Source of the DNA: Lytechinus pictus | Taxonomy: Eukaryota | Length of the DNA: 64,000 nucleotides | Direction of reading: 5' to 3' | NCBI RefSeq assembly: GCF_037042905.1 | Contig: NC_087250.1 | Location: 8,434,001 to 8,498,000 of the forward strand | Shown here: positions 14,684 to 42,790 of the stretch, one piece after another | How positions within the stretch are numbered: the first letter of the stretch is position 1 | How the letters are laid out: each line of letters begins with the position of its first letter | Translations under genes and position numbers: made by a program | The notes under the pieces: generated by a model | Told to the model about the DNA's origin: nothing | The model's database searches: none | The model's input: the letters and a program-made list of their open reading frames with translations, nothing else

Positions 14684-16096
14684 CAGTGGCGTACCGTGGG
14701 TCACGGCATTGGGGGGGCACCAGCAAAAATTATGAGTCACTTATAGAGCGCGCGAAGCGCGCTCAGTTGCTAGGTATACTGACATAATAGGGACATTTAA
14801 AGGACAGTGTCATTAAACGGATATGTATCTCACTGATCACATAATGCGAGCGCGAAGCGCGAGCTGAAATTTTTGTATATATTGACCCCAAACGGACATT
14901 TTAAGGACTATGTTTTAGGAATGCATTAAGAGTATACATATCTCACCATAGTCATCTAATGCGAGTACAAAGCGCTTGCTGATATTGTTAGAATAATATA
15001 CATCTAAACACATGAAGCACTTGTAGTCATTGTAATCATGATTAACATACGCATCTCACTAATCAAATATTGCGAGCGCGAAGCGCGAGCTGAAAATTTA
15101 GGAAAGTCAGACCTGAAGAGGGATATTTCAAGGCTTGTTTGTAGGAATTCACGTAGATCATACATAGTTCACTAACCAAATTATGCGAGCGCGAAGCGCG
15201 AGCTGAAATTTTTGTATATATTGACCCAAAAGAGGGATAAGGACTATTTATTTTTTTAAAGGGTTCCATTAAGAGTACAGATATCTCACCATAGTCATCT
15301 AATGCGAGTGCCAAGCGAATGCTGATTTTGTTAGAATTACATCTAAACACATGAATCACTTTTTGTAGTCATTGTTATCATGATTATCATACGCATCTCA
15401 GAAATCAAATATTGCGAGCGCGAAGCGCGAGCTGAAAATTTAGGAAATTCAGACCTGAAGAGGGGCATTCTAAGGCCTGCTTTTAGGAACTCACGAAGAC
15501 CATGCGTATTTCACTAACCAAATGATGCGAGCGCGAAGCGCAAGCTGAAATTTTTTACATTCAGATCAGAAAAAGGGACATTTTAAGGACTGATTTTAGA
15601 AAATTCATGAAGAACAGACATATCTCACCAATCCACGAATGCGAACGTAAGTACGGACAGGAAATGGTTTATATTAAGACCTTAAAATCGGGCAATCACT
15701 TTAAGTAGTCATAAAAAAAAAGTATATGTCACTACATAAAACAATAATAATTCGAAGTCTAAGAAAATATATTTGTTGTATATTGACTTGAAAACGGGAG
15801 GGTTTAGTACAAGAAGATTATATTGTTAAACAGACAATGCGAGCACCAGGAACAATGAAGACTATAGGCCCTGTGCAAATTATTTTTCATAAAGTTATAA
15901 TTTATTTATGTAATATAACATAAGATAATCATAATATAATATAACATTATAATTAACAAAAATTTCTTCTTTCCCACTACGTTTCTTTCCCTTTCTCCCT
16001 CTTTTTCTCCTTTTCCCCGTTTTATTTTTTATTTTTTGCCAGCCGATTGGGGGGGGGGGCACGTGCCCCCCATGCCCCCCCGTAGTTACGCCACTG
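14684..16096 (+). mobile_element. hAT-like non-autonomous element with periodic GCGAGCGCGAAGCGCGAGC motifs
   Basis: TIR CAGTGGCGTA/TACGCCACTG with 8-bp TSD GGGGAGGG. Confidence 0.85.
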
Positions 16097-17469
16097 GGGG
16101 AGGGGTTACTTACGACCATGGGTGTCGATCACGGGGGGGATGGGGGGGATATATCCCCCCCAATATTTCAAGTGGGGGAGGTGGCCTGTATTATCATCCC
16201 CCCCAATAATTCAGGGTAGAAAAATTGTAATAATGATGATGAAAAAATGAAAAGTTTGATAATGATGATTATATAGTGATGATTATAGTATGCCATCAAT
16301 CAGTTTGTTTCCCCCGCAATTTGTGTATATTGTTATTAAATAAAAAAACATTCTTTTCCAGGGCTTTTAAACAGATGGGTGGAGGTTCAAGATGAAAAAG
16401 AATGAAATTATGAATGAAAGTTTATGTACCGGTATATGATATTTTTTAAACACATGACATAAAAGGACCCCGCCGAAAAAAAACTTTTGTTGATAGGGTG
16501 TTCCATCCCACCAGTGGTGAATAAATTAGTTTTAAGAAATCAATTGATTAAAAAGGGTGGAAAAATAAAAGGGTGGCAAGATAAGCAGGGAAACCTCCAT
16601 GGACGTAAATCCTAGAGGGGTAGATCTTGAAAAAGTACAACAAAAACAACGTACTTTTCTCAGATTTACCCCTCCCCACATGCAAGTGCATGATGTTTGT
16701 CCCATTTAATCTACAACCCTTTTGAATATTAAACATTTTATCATGTGACCCCATCAGATACCTCTCATGAAAATATTGAGGTTCAGTGAGCTCAATATAA
16801 TATGATCATATTTTTACATTTTTTTAATAAGTGAAATCAATTAATGGTTTCAGAAAGAATAATCATTCATTTCTCTCTAAAGCGTATCTTCGGATATGAA
16901 CATCGGAGGGTTTTTTTCCCCATGTTATTCTTGTAATTGTTATGGACTTGAATAACTAAACTTGGTTGATTTTTTCTTATTTTGGCAAAAAAAAAATCTT
17001 TTTTTAGTTTGGAAAGGGATGACAGTTTTGCATTCTATATGAGCACACTCATGCGGTATGTTAATTTCATTTTAACACATATATTAGCTGATATTACACA
17101 CTGATGATTCAAGAAGATGTTGGAGAAATATCATAACATGATCGACAGTTGAGTTTTGATTGTTTTTATGTTTGTTTTGTTTCATGCACTTATAAAATAT
17201 TTAAAACGTGTTAAAATCCAGGGTAAAAATCGTCTGACGGTAAGCCCGATGGCGCACGAGAAGCCACACAGTTTGTAATTTGTGCTAGTCTTAATTTGTC
17301 CGAATCTGCATTTTATCATCACGCATTAAGAAGAAAAAAGATATTGCCAGTCGGGTTAGATTTAAGAGAGAAGTTGTTTACATCATGCTCAATAAACAGA
17401 TCACTTTGTACATGGTCCAGACAATTTTTGTCATTTTTTTCTTTCGTATGAGTTTAGAATAGGCTCACT

Positions 17470-20400
17470 CAGTGGGGTAACTACGGGGGGGGGGGCATGA
17501 GGGGCACATGCCCATCCAAAAATGAGAAAAAGGAGAAAAAGAGGGAGAGAGGAAAGGAATGTAATGGGAAAGAAGAAATTATTGTTCATTATGATGTTAG
17601 ATTATACTATAATTCTGTTATACTACATAAGACGCATTTTTCATAACTTTATGAATCATAATTTGATTAGGGCCCATGTCTTCATTGTTCCTGGTGCTCA
17701 CATTGTCTGTTTAACTTTAACGAGATATATAATCCTGTGGGACTAAAACCTCCTGTTTTCAATATACTTCCTCGCACTTCGAATTACTATTTTATGTGCA
17801 ATAGTATGCTTCTTTTAATGACTACTTAAAGTGATTGCCACAGTTTAAGGTCTTAATATAAAACATTTCTTGTCCGTGCTTATGTTCGCATTAGTGAGAT
17901 ATGTCTGTTCTCCATGAATTCCTAGCATCCAGGGGCGGAAATCTCTCCCAAAAGGTAGGGGGGACACAGGGGCGGATCCAGCCTTCGCCAATAGGGGGGG
18001 GGGGGGCGGAAATTTGTTTCAGCCATATTTTCCCCGATCGGCAGCTCGACGATGATTTGTGTTTGTTTCTTTGAAGGGGTAGTCCTCATTAGTCACTTCT
18101 TAGCTTTATTCTTATAAATTCATATATAATATCATATCCTTATTTATGTGATGCGAGCGCGAAGCACGAGCTAATTTTTTGGAAATTTTATGTATTTTTT
18201 CCTAAAATTTGAACATTCTGGGCAATGTTTGTTATCCTGAAAAAAATGTGTATGCAACTTACTAATTACTACAAACGCAAAGCGCGAGCAGAAATGAACT
18301 GATGGAAAAGATACCTGTTAAAGACTGCGTGCAGTTAGCATTTAACAATCAAATAATGCGAGCGCGAAGCGCGAGCTGATTTTTTGTGGACATTTTCACC
18401 TACAGAATGGAAATTCTAAGCACTTTTTGTAACTCAAGCAGAATAGGTATATAAGTAGACAATTGATGCGAGCGGAAAATTTCGAGATTTAGTCCTATAA
18501 TATTTACTGAACGAGACACTCTATTCATGTTTTGTAAATCATGAAAAGGATGAGTATTAATAATGCGAGCGCAAAGCGCGAGCAGAAAATTTTTATATAC
18601 GTTTTGAAATGGTACCTGTTGAAAAGGTACCTGTTAAGGACTGCTTGCACTTAGCCATGAAGGCGTTACATATTTCAACAATCAAAAAATGTGAGCGCGA
18701 AGCGCGAGCTGAAAATTTTTGAAAATTTCTAAAGAAAGAATGGAAAATTTTAATCAATTTTTGTAATCGTGAACAGGATAGCTATCGAGATTTAGACCTA
18801 AAAATTGGCCACTCTGTTCATGTTTTGTAAACAGATATAGGCTGATCGAAGGCTTTTTACCGTGTTTAAATGAAATAAATCAATCAAAATCCATGTTTTG
18901 TAAATCATCAAAAGGATGAGTAATAGGGGGTCTTCCTACAAAGCGCGAGCAGAAAAATTTTGATATTGTGATCTGAAACTGGATAATGATTTAAATAGAG
19001 AACAAGTTGAGTATTTGAATAAACATGCGCGCGCGTGTTTCATATTTAGACCTAGAAATCTTGGCATTCTAAATACATCTGTAATCATGAAAATCATGAA
19101 ACTTTGATATTCCGATCTGAAAAAAGAGTCAATTACAGCTTTATATTTCAAGCACTTTGTAGGAAAATTGTAAGGTGGATATGGATCGCACTTAAAAAGA
19201 AGAGTTAAAATTTTTTCATTATTATTACTTTGAGTTTTGACATAGGACCGGGACATCCTTACAACATGTCATGAAAATGATGACTATCTTCCTATTCCTC
19301 TTGCTAAGCGCGAGATGAAACAAAAGGGACAATTTAATTATTCAATTAATATCATATTTATTAATGCCTAATGAGGGCGCGAAATCTGATATTATGGCAT
19401 AAAAACTGGACATTTCACTTTTGTAATTATGAATAGGATGCATCAGTTAATATATTATTAACCATTAATGCGAGCGCAAATCGCGAGCTAAAATTTTTGA
19501 TAAACTGTCATGAAAAGGGGGATTTTAAGTAGTTTGTTGTATAATCAATATTGAAACATACATAACTCGCCAATCAAAATGCCAGCGTGCAGCGCTAGCT
19601 GATTCGTCTTGACAATCAGACCTGAAAACGGATATTTTGAAAACTTTATGGGATACACGAAAATAATAGGTACCTGATAAATCAAAATTTGCGAGCACGC
19701 AGCGCAAGCAGCAAATGTTGATGAAATTATTCAGACCATAAAACTGACATTTTTACAGAGCACTTTTTAAAAATCAACTTGTAAATCACACAAAATAATG
19801 AAAGTTCGATTTCAGAGGTGAAATATGTTTTGTATACTGACTTCCAAACTTGATATTTGAGCTCCATATTGAACAAGATATGTAAATCACCTAACAGGCA
19901 ATGCGAGCGCGAAGCACGAGCGAAAACTTTATAGTGGCACGAAAGATTCTTTTTACTTTCAAAGTCTTCCCCTCATCTTATTTTATGCAATCGTCGTTCT
20001 TCTCTTCTTTTTCTCCATTCTTTTCCCTCCTTTTTCCCTTTTTCCTTCTTTCTTTCCTTTTTTTTCTTTTTTTGCTCCGCCTATGGGGACAAGGGGCGGG
20101 GAAATTTGACATGAAAAAAAAAAGGTTATCATCCCAAAAGTACGGTCATCTTGTCCCAACTCGTCCAAAAATACATGTTTTATTTCGATTTAGGCCTAGA
20201 ATGATGTATTTTTTACCATCATAAAAGACAAAAAATAGTAGGGGGGACATTTGATATTGTGTCCCCCCTACTATTTTGAGTAGGGGGGACACGTCCCCCC
20301 TGTCCCCCCTGGGATTTCCGCCCATGCTAGCATCAGTCCTTAAAATGTCCCTTTTTCTGATCTCAATATCAAAACTTTTCAGATCGCGCTTCGCGCTCGC

Positions 20401-20990
20401 ATCATTTGGTTAATGAAATACGTATGGTCTTAGTGAATTCCTACAAACAAGCTTTAGAATGCCCCTTTTCAGGTCTGAATTTCTAAATTTTCAGCTCGCG
20501 CTTCGCGCTCGCAATATTTGATTATTGAGATGCGTATGTTAATAATCATGATTACAATGACTTCAAGTGCTTCATGTGTAATTCTAACAAAATCAGCAAG
20601 CGCTTAGCACTCGCAATAGATGACTGTGGTGAGATATGTAGTGGATTCCTTAAATATAGTCCTTAAAATCTCCCTTTTTGGGGTCAATATATACAAAAAT
20701 TTCAGCTCGCGCTTCGCGCTCGCATTGTTAAGCGAGACAGGTAAGTATCATGATTACAAAAAGTTGATTAATGTCCCTTTTTACGTCCGAATATCACAAA
20801 TTTTAAGCTCGCGCTTCGTGCTCACATTATTTCATCAGTGAGATACATATCTGTTTAATATATGGCACTGTCCTTAAAGTGTGTCTATTAGGTCAGTATA
20901 CCTGGCAACTGAGCGCGCGAACCTAATAAACTAATTGACTCAAAATTTTTGCTGGTGCCCCCCTATGCCATGACCCACGGTACGCCACTG
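17470..20990 (-). mobile_element. hAT-like element, same family as 14684-16096, opposite orientation, nested
   Basis: CAGTGGGGTAAC...GTACGCCACTG, TSD GGCTCACT/GGCTTACT. The body is the reverse complement of 14684-16096. Confidence 0.85.
17930..20326. mobile_element. hAT-like element nested in 17470-20990, itself containing a further element at ~17967-20085
   Basis: TIR CAGGGGCGGAAATC/GATTTCCGCCCATG with TSD CTAGCATC. The inner element has termini CAGGGGCGGATC/GCTCCGCCTATG with an imperfect G-run+ACA duplication. Confidence 0.8.
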
Positions 20991-22119
20991 GGCTTACTTG
21001 TAACACAAATTGAATTTTGTGATTTTAGTGGGGGTTATATTGAAAGATCCCCATCCACAAGAATATTTGTGTCAATCATCCCCCCCCAACCAAGAATACC
21101 GATCGACACCCATGCTTACGACATAAGACATACGGGGATGTGCGGCAGGAATGGGTCGCTCTTTTGGAAGAAATTCCCGAACATTTGGCTATGGTTTTAT
21201 GATGATTTCATATTTTCATATTTGTGCTTAAAAATAAGGTTCAGCCATTATTCTCTCCCATTTCTACTCAAACCTAACTGAGAAGAAGAAAAAAAACCTT
21301 CTTAGGATAGCAGGTCATCACCCCCCCCCCATGTATTACAAACTTGAATGTTTGCATTGATCATGATCCCCTTTTCATAAAGACTTGTAATGATAATAAA
21401 TGCATACTTCTTCATTATCAGCCAATCAAAATGAATGATCTCCATTGCTTTAGGGACGCACCATATCCGGGAGGGGGGGGGGGCTGGAAGTTCCCTGGCC
21501 CCCAAAAAAACTTGACTTGCTAAATGAAAAAAAAAAAAAAAACAAACTTGGATCACATTTGAATGGTGCCAAAAAAAAAAAACTTGTCCCAAGGGAGTAA
21601 GGAAAAAAAACTTTGCTCAAAGATGAAAGGAAATAAAATTGCATCAACCCAAACTACCACCCCCTCCCCCTCCCCTGGGTATATATTTAATGGTGCGTCC
21701 CTTAAATTTGTCATTAAGTTAACAGGTTTTTTCCAACCCGGGCGGGGCGGGGGGGGGGGGACTTAGATTTGATTTGGACGAGGGTGTGCGGCTGAAGGTT
21801 CAAAATCCATACCCATATTTACAGGTCATTTTGGTTAAAAAGGTGCATGTTAGGGATCTATTAAAATTTGACGAGCAAAAAAAAGTTATCACCCAAAATT
21901 GGAGGAGAATATGAACCCGAACCCATGTTTAAGGCCAGTATCTAAAAATTGGGGGCATATGTCTAGGGATTTTCCAACATAAGACCATACCCAATGTTTA
22001 AGGATTTCTTCCAAAAAAGCGACAATATTTCCAGAGGCACGTCCCAGTATGCCTTATTTCGTGAGTACCCCCCCCCCCCCGGGGTTATTGGGATACTGAT
22101 CAGTGACCGCTTGCGCTCG

Positions 22120-22348
22120 TGATTGGCCAAAAGTTTGCGCGCACAATAGCTTTCCATACTTTCCCCATTAAGCAAAAAGGACAAAAGTCTGAAATTGCAT
22201 GCTGCGCTGGCGGTCGACCGGTCCGATACGGCGTTCCAATTTCCAGTTTTTTTTCTCAGTCCTACAAGAAACTCATTACTATCAACGCAGGCTTTTGCAA
22301 TCTTCCAATGTAGGCCTAGGCCTAGACTATTCATGGGAATTATTTTTG
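22120..22348 (+). promoter_or_regulatory. Putative promoter and non-coding first exon of the plus-strand KRAB-ZF gene
   Basis: Inverted CCAAT at 22122-22126, a CpG-rich patch (cggtcgaccggtccgatacggcg) and a TTG/GTGAGT donor at 22349. All are conserved in the inverted copy. TSS not determinable. Confidence 0.55.
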
Positions 22349-24933
22349 GTGAGTTAATTTCATTCATTCAGTGCATATTGTGGTCGAGTTCAAACCGTCC
22401 ATAGGCATAGACCATACAAACGTAGACCAAAAGCTTCGGTCTCTGTTATGTTGGTTGTTCAGCTGAACTCCGTTGGCTTCACTCACCAAATACAGAGACC
22501 GAAGTTCTAGCGCGATCTGTACAGGGGACTCAATGGCCATATGTTTATGTACTTAAGATCGGATAAAACGGGGAAGTGAATTTGCGCGACAGCCGAGGTA
22601 AGTCACTGTTTTTGTTCCTTTTAACTTGATTTTTCACCGTTTCTTGGCAATTAATGCCAAGAGGGAATATCAATTTGCATTTTGGTCGCATTAATTTTCA
22701 AAATGTTTATTGATTAAAGACAAAAATTGAAGAGCCCCGACGGGGGGATTTTGCATTGCAAGTCCCCTAATGGTGGCTGCACGCTAGCGAGCCGTCTGTG
22801 TATGAGGAGAACTTAAAAAAAAAAAATGTTAAAAAACTCCTCAAAACAGACGGCTGCCAGCTAGAACTTAAAAAAAAAAAATGTTAAAAAACTCCTCAAA
22901 ACAGACGGCTGCCAGCTGTCTAATCTAATACAAACGATGCGGCGTGATTCGGATCGGCCAATCCCAGTCAGGCGCAGCCGCTGGCCATGGCCCGGGCCAG
23001 GGAGCTCCGGTCCGCTTCGCGTGCTGGAGCACAGACAGGACTCGTCTGTGCATATTTATTATTACTATTAGGCAGCGGGTACTCTCCAAAATGGGGTAGA
23101 ATGGGGTCACAATAGCACCCCAAATTAAACGGGAAAAAAATAAATTATGCACTTACGCCTGCGTTAGGCCTAGGCCTACCTCGATTATAATATAATGCCT
23201 GGAAAGATCCCTGGCCCTGCCCCGGCCCTGGGGCCTGGTCCTGGAAATGGAATGATCGAACGAACGAAGCCGAAGGTCACACAATCTTGACAAGTTTCAT
23301 CGAGGCACAACGCCACAACTACTAACTAACATTAACAAAAAGTTAGACTCTCGATCCAAAAAAGGAAAAATTCTGTCTCGTTTGCTCTCCTTTCAAAATT
23401 TAGAACAAAATTGCTGATCGATACCGAGTCCGAGAACGAACGCGACATGTGACATGCCATATGGAGCCTTTGGAGGTCCAGTTTCAGTTTGTGCCTCGAT
23501 GTCGGGATTCTGTGTCACAATACTAATACTAGACTGTCATATTCATCGAGGTAGACCTAATTAAGTGCATAATTTATTTTTCCCCCTTTTATTTGGAGTG
23601 CTATTGCGACCCCATTCTGCCCCATTTTGGAGAGTAGCTAGGGAGACTGGGGTTAGTTGGAACGCGGGGTAAGTTGAAACATTGTAATTTTCTTTAACGT
23701 CTTTAAATAAATTTCTGCAATACGGCCCTCAATTTATTGTTATTATCAACAGCCATCCACCATATTACAGACAACACATGTGCAACAAGCCTGGTGAAGT
23801 TAGAAAGGAATTTTTGTTTTTTGACCTTCTGAGACTGAGTAATTTTTTTCTCTGTTCAAAATGTTTTATTATCTCAGAGAAGTTTATAGATCAAATTGGC
23901 CAGTTTGGGGGTATAATAGACACTTGTACCAAGCTACAAAATGAGATTATTAATACCGGTATGCCATGGTGAAGTCCCTTTTTTGTGCTGTAAGCTTATA
24001 AACATCAAATGGGCCTCCGGGGTTAGTTGGAACAAAATTGAAGGGGCTAGTTGGAACATGTTCCAACTTACCCCAAACATAATTATGAATAAAAACATTG
24101 GATATGAAAAAAAAATATATAAAGTATTTCACACTCTTCTGAATATGTATTCTATACCATGCTTGTTTTGTTTATCAGTTAGGTCTGAGTGTGCATTTAA
24201 GGCCTATTGTAGGCCCCTAATGCAATATTAACCCTTATCAAACTGGGGGTGGTCAATTTGAGCCCCCCTCAAGAAATTTTGTCACTACGCTGTTGCGCGA
24301 AATTTTTTACTACACCGCTCGCTGACTTTTTACTTTCAAGTCTTGCGCATCATTTGAGACCAAATTTGCGATGCCTGTGTGTGCGGTTTCAAAATTATGC
24401 AACATTTTGTACGTGCATGTCGGACCCAAAATTGCTCAAAAACGTGATTCCATATTCTAGTTAGATCTATATGCCTAGATGTAATGCCGGGGGGGGGGGG
24501 GGGGGGGGGGCACTTCTACTGACGAGTGGATACCATGCGCGATCTTGAGATCTCAAAAAGTACCCTAAACTCGTATTTTCCATATTCTGAGAATGCATCC
24601 CTTAACAAGTATTGGCATGTGAAACCCTACCCTTAACAAGTATTGGAAACAAAACAATATTATACAGTAAAGGGTATCAAAAACACCGATTTTCAAAAAA
24701 GGGTCGTTTTGAAAGACTGGTCAATCAGGAGGTCAAATGTGTTTAGGGTATGTTTTTTCTCCAAGTTTATTCTCCAAGCCTTTTCCCCCGAGACTTTTTA
24801 GATTATTACGTGATGAAATTTGGATGACAATTATTTCAAGTGTTAACAATGTATTAGTTTGTGGTATATTAACCCTAACTGCACTAGAGGTGGTTGGGGG
24901 GGGGGGGATGCAATACCCATGGATATAGTTTTG

Positions 24934-25231
24934 CAGTGGCGTACCTAGGATTTTCCACAGGGGGGGGCAAAATCGGCCGCCAAAAAAATTGACAAGCAAA
25001 AAAAAAAAATAAAAAAATAAAAAATAAAGGTTATTGTACCAGAAAAAAAATTGACAAGCAAAAAAAGTCTTCAAGCTCGTCAGGGGGGGCAATAAAGGTC
25101 TTCAAGCTCGTCAGGGGGGGCATAAAAGGTCTTTCAAGCTCGTCAGGGGGGGCAGTGATATGTATTTTGTATGGGTTGTGGCTCGTCAGGGGGGGCAGAG
25201 TGCCCCCCCCCCCCCCGTAGGTACGCTAGTG
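24934..25231. mobile_element. hAT-like MITE (family of 7816-8059)
   Basis: CAGTGGCGTACCT...AGGTACGCTAGTG with TSD TAGTTTTG. The paralogous site (~6850) is empty. Confidence 0.85.
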
Positions 25232-25779
25232 TAGTTTTGTCTGTTTAAGCTTATTGTTAGCAAGTAGACAAAACTTCAGGGTCATATTCTAGCGACAACT
25301 TGTTTAGGGGCCAAAACGTGTAAATGAAGCCAATGAAAGGGGGTTATACTGCACACAGAGAAAAACTCATTTAGGGGGTGTTTGGAAATAATTTGGTCAC
25401 GTATGTGTACAGCAATACATTTCACTGCCCCCCCCCCCCCCGATGAAACATCGACAGAAGGGTAATCATTGATTACTAATCAAGCATGAATTATTGTTTT
25501 GCACACATCTTAGCTCACATGATCATGGTCGAAGGTCTTTTTGGGTCAATGGACAGAGTATTTCATTACCATATGCATGATTTCTTTTGTGAATAATTAT
25601 TGAAGAGCTGTTTTCAAAGTCGGCACTGCTGCGCATCAAATTGCATAATGGAGGCGAGACCGCAGAGGCATTCCACTTGTTTTTTTTTAAAACTTTCTCA
25701 CAGTTTCTGTCTACATCTTATCCTAGGTACGGAGTTATCTTGGTGCATTCAGTTTGCAAACGTGTAAAGTCAAATCACC

Positions 25780-40483
<14,704 letters not shown>

Positions 40484-40489
40484 TTTATT

Positions 40490-41968
40490 TATTCTCGAAT
40501 ATTTAAACACGGTGGCCTGATCAGCATAAAAAACATACAATATACGAAAAACATAGTAACAGGACATTATGAGATACAGAAAAAAAAGAACAAAATAAAA
40601 AGTAAAAACACGAGAATATGCACGAGATACAAATGGCAAGATACATGATATAAATATGCAAATACAAACATTAAAAAGCTTGTCTTTCTCAGGGCTCTGT
40701 GATTATTATTTAAAAAAAACATTACAAAGATAAATAAGGCAATGTATTACACAGTACTAACAATTTAATCTAGGAATAGAAAATCAAGCAGAAGACATTT
40801 GGTAATTTTATCACTAATATACATGTACATCGAGATATAACCCCCCCAAAAAAAAAAAAAAATTCACAAACATTTCACTGTTGTGGAATGAAGTGGGAGT
40901 AACAGAAAGACAAGAAAAGAATATGAATTAAGATTAAGTGAATTTAAGAACGGCACAGACAATGGAATAGTGAATGATAAGTTTTATATCATACTGATTA
41001 AAATGAACGATGTGATTTGTATGTGTTTAAGTTGGTATTTGAAGAGTGAACAGATTTTGAAAACCTTATATGGTCAGGCAGATGGTTCCAATTGAAAGAG
41101 CCTAGAAACAGGAAAGATTTTTTGGTAAAAAGTCGTACAAGAGCAAATTTTTCGGAACTGTGTGGTTCTCGTAGAAATGTCATCGACAAAAGAAAGTCTA
41201 TCGTATAAAATGGCGGGCGATAATTTGTTGACACTTATACATAAGAACACATGAGGCTCTATGGAGAACTTTGTTTAGAGAGGGCCAATTCAGTTATTTA
41301 AATACGATTTCAGAACATGTCTTCCATGTGCGTTTTGATATCAGGTACGCTGCCATTTTATGTAACCAGTTAAGCGTGTCATAATTTCCTTCTGATTTGC
41401 CAAACCAAACAGAACAATAAAGAATATGGGGAATGACATATCCCCAATAAAGTTTGGAAAGTTGAGATTGATTAAAATAATGTTTATTCCTGCGAATAAT
41501 TTCAAGCTTACGTTTGATAAGGTTTGACATTGAATTGGTATGTTGCTTAAAGTCAAGGCAATTATCGATGTTACGCCCAGACACTTCACTTCATTCACAC
41601 ATTCTAGAGTACAGCCATGTTTATTATTGATATTTATTATGAGTAGTACTTAGTTTTTGTTTTGACCCTAATAGCATTACTTTTGTTTCATTTTAGTTCA
41701 AGATCAGTTTGTTATTTCTTATCCATGAATAGGTCTCGTGTAGTACGTGCCTGGGTTAGATTGGTTTCGACCTCTGCTTTATTCTTAACAGATACTGAAA
41801 TAGTAGTGTCATCTGCGTACATATACACTGAGGCACTAGTAACATGATTCGATAAGTCGTTGATAAATAGTGAAAACAGAACCGGAGCAAGAATTAAGCC
41901 CTGAGGGACACCTACATTAATTTCTTTTGTAGAAGACTTTTCATTACCAATAGAAACGAGTTGTATTG
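40490..41968 (-). mobile_element. 5'-truncated, decayed non-LTR retrotransposon (CR1/L2 group) RT fragment and 3' tail
   Basis: The minus-strand translation near 41780-41965 gives INVGVPQGLILAPVLFSLFINDL...VYMYADDTTI, followed by the LYWGYVIPHILYCSVW C-terminal motif. Stops and frameshifts are present. The left (3') boundary is approximate. Confidence 0.85.
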
Positions 41969-41987
41969 TTACTGAATGGGCTAAGAC

Positions 41988-42790
41988 ATTTCCATGACAT
42001 CACACAAGCTTGTTTCCAACCGGTTTTGACTGCACTTCTGTGAACCCCAGCCAGTTTTCATTATAGGCCTATATTCAAATTTAATGCAAATTTTTAAAAT
42101 CTTAAGGTATGGATAAATTTGAATATATTTAAAGCAATGGTTTTTGAAAACCTAGAAGTTTGTCCGAGACGTGATGACATAGCACCAAATAATATCTGCA
42201 AATTGGATTCTAGCAGAAGGTGATTGAAGGTTTGCATGGTGGCATAAACAATCCCTGAAGTTGTTTATATGGTGCACAATATGTAAAGACCTGGAAAGAA
42301 CTGAGAAAAAAGTGGATAGAGAAATGGAGAGGTTAGAAAGTAGAGTATCTTTCGGAAATGAGTGTAGTCTTAAAGAGGACTGTAAACCAGAAAGAGTGGA
42401 AAGCTTGAGCAGTAGGCAGGATGAGAGTCTTGAGTCGAAGGCTGGTTGAGTTGGAGGGGTGAGAGAAGATTGAGTTGATGAGAGAAGGCTGGCTCGAGTT
42501 GGCTAGTGGAGTTGTAGAGCAGGAGCGGGAGAGAAGACTCGACATTTCAGGCAGGATGGCGATGTGATTGACAGGTTGACATATCTGCAGATTGACATGA
42601 ATTATTTGCTGCTATGTCAGACAAGCCTCTGACAAGCTTTCAGGTTGTCAAAAAACAACCTTTGCTTTGAATATTCAAATTTTATGCATACCTTAAAGTT
42701 ACGCATATAATTTGAATATGAAAACAGACTGGGGTTTGACAAAGTGCGATCAGAAACAGTTGGAAACATACTTGTGTGATGTCATGGAAC
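41988..42790. mobile_element. Old TIR element with long imperfect inverted termini
   Basis: ttccatgacatcacacaag...ccccag...tattcaaatt mirrored by aatttgaatat...ctgggg...cttgtgtgatgtcatggaa. Confidence 0.55.

Larger units (their letters stand above)
16117..21114. mobile_element. hAT-like element, outermost of a four-level nest
   Basis: Perfect 14-bp TIR CATGGGTGTCGATC with 8-bp TSD CTTACGAC. Confidence 0.9.

Noticed and set aside
22808..22918. Exact ~55-bp tandem duplication
   Set aside because: Simple local slippage or an assembly artefact, with no functional signal.
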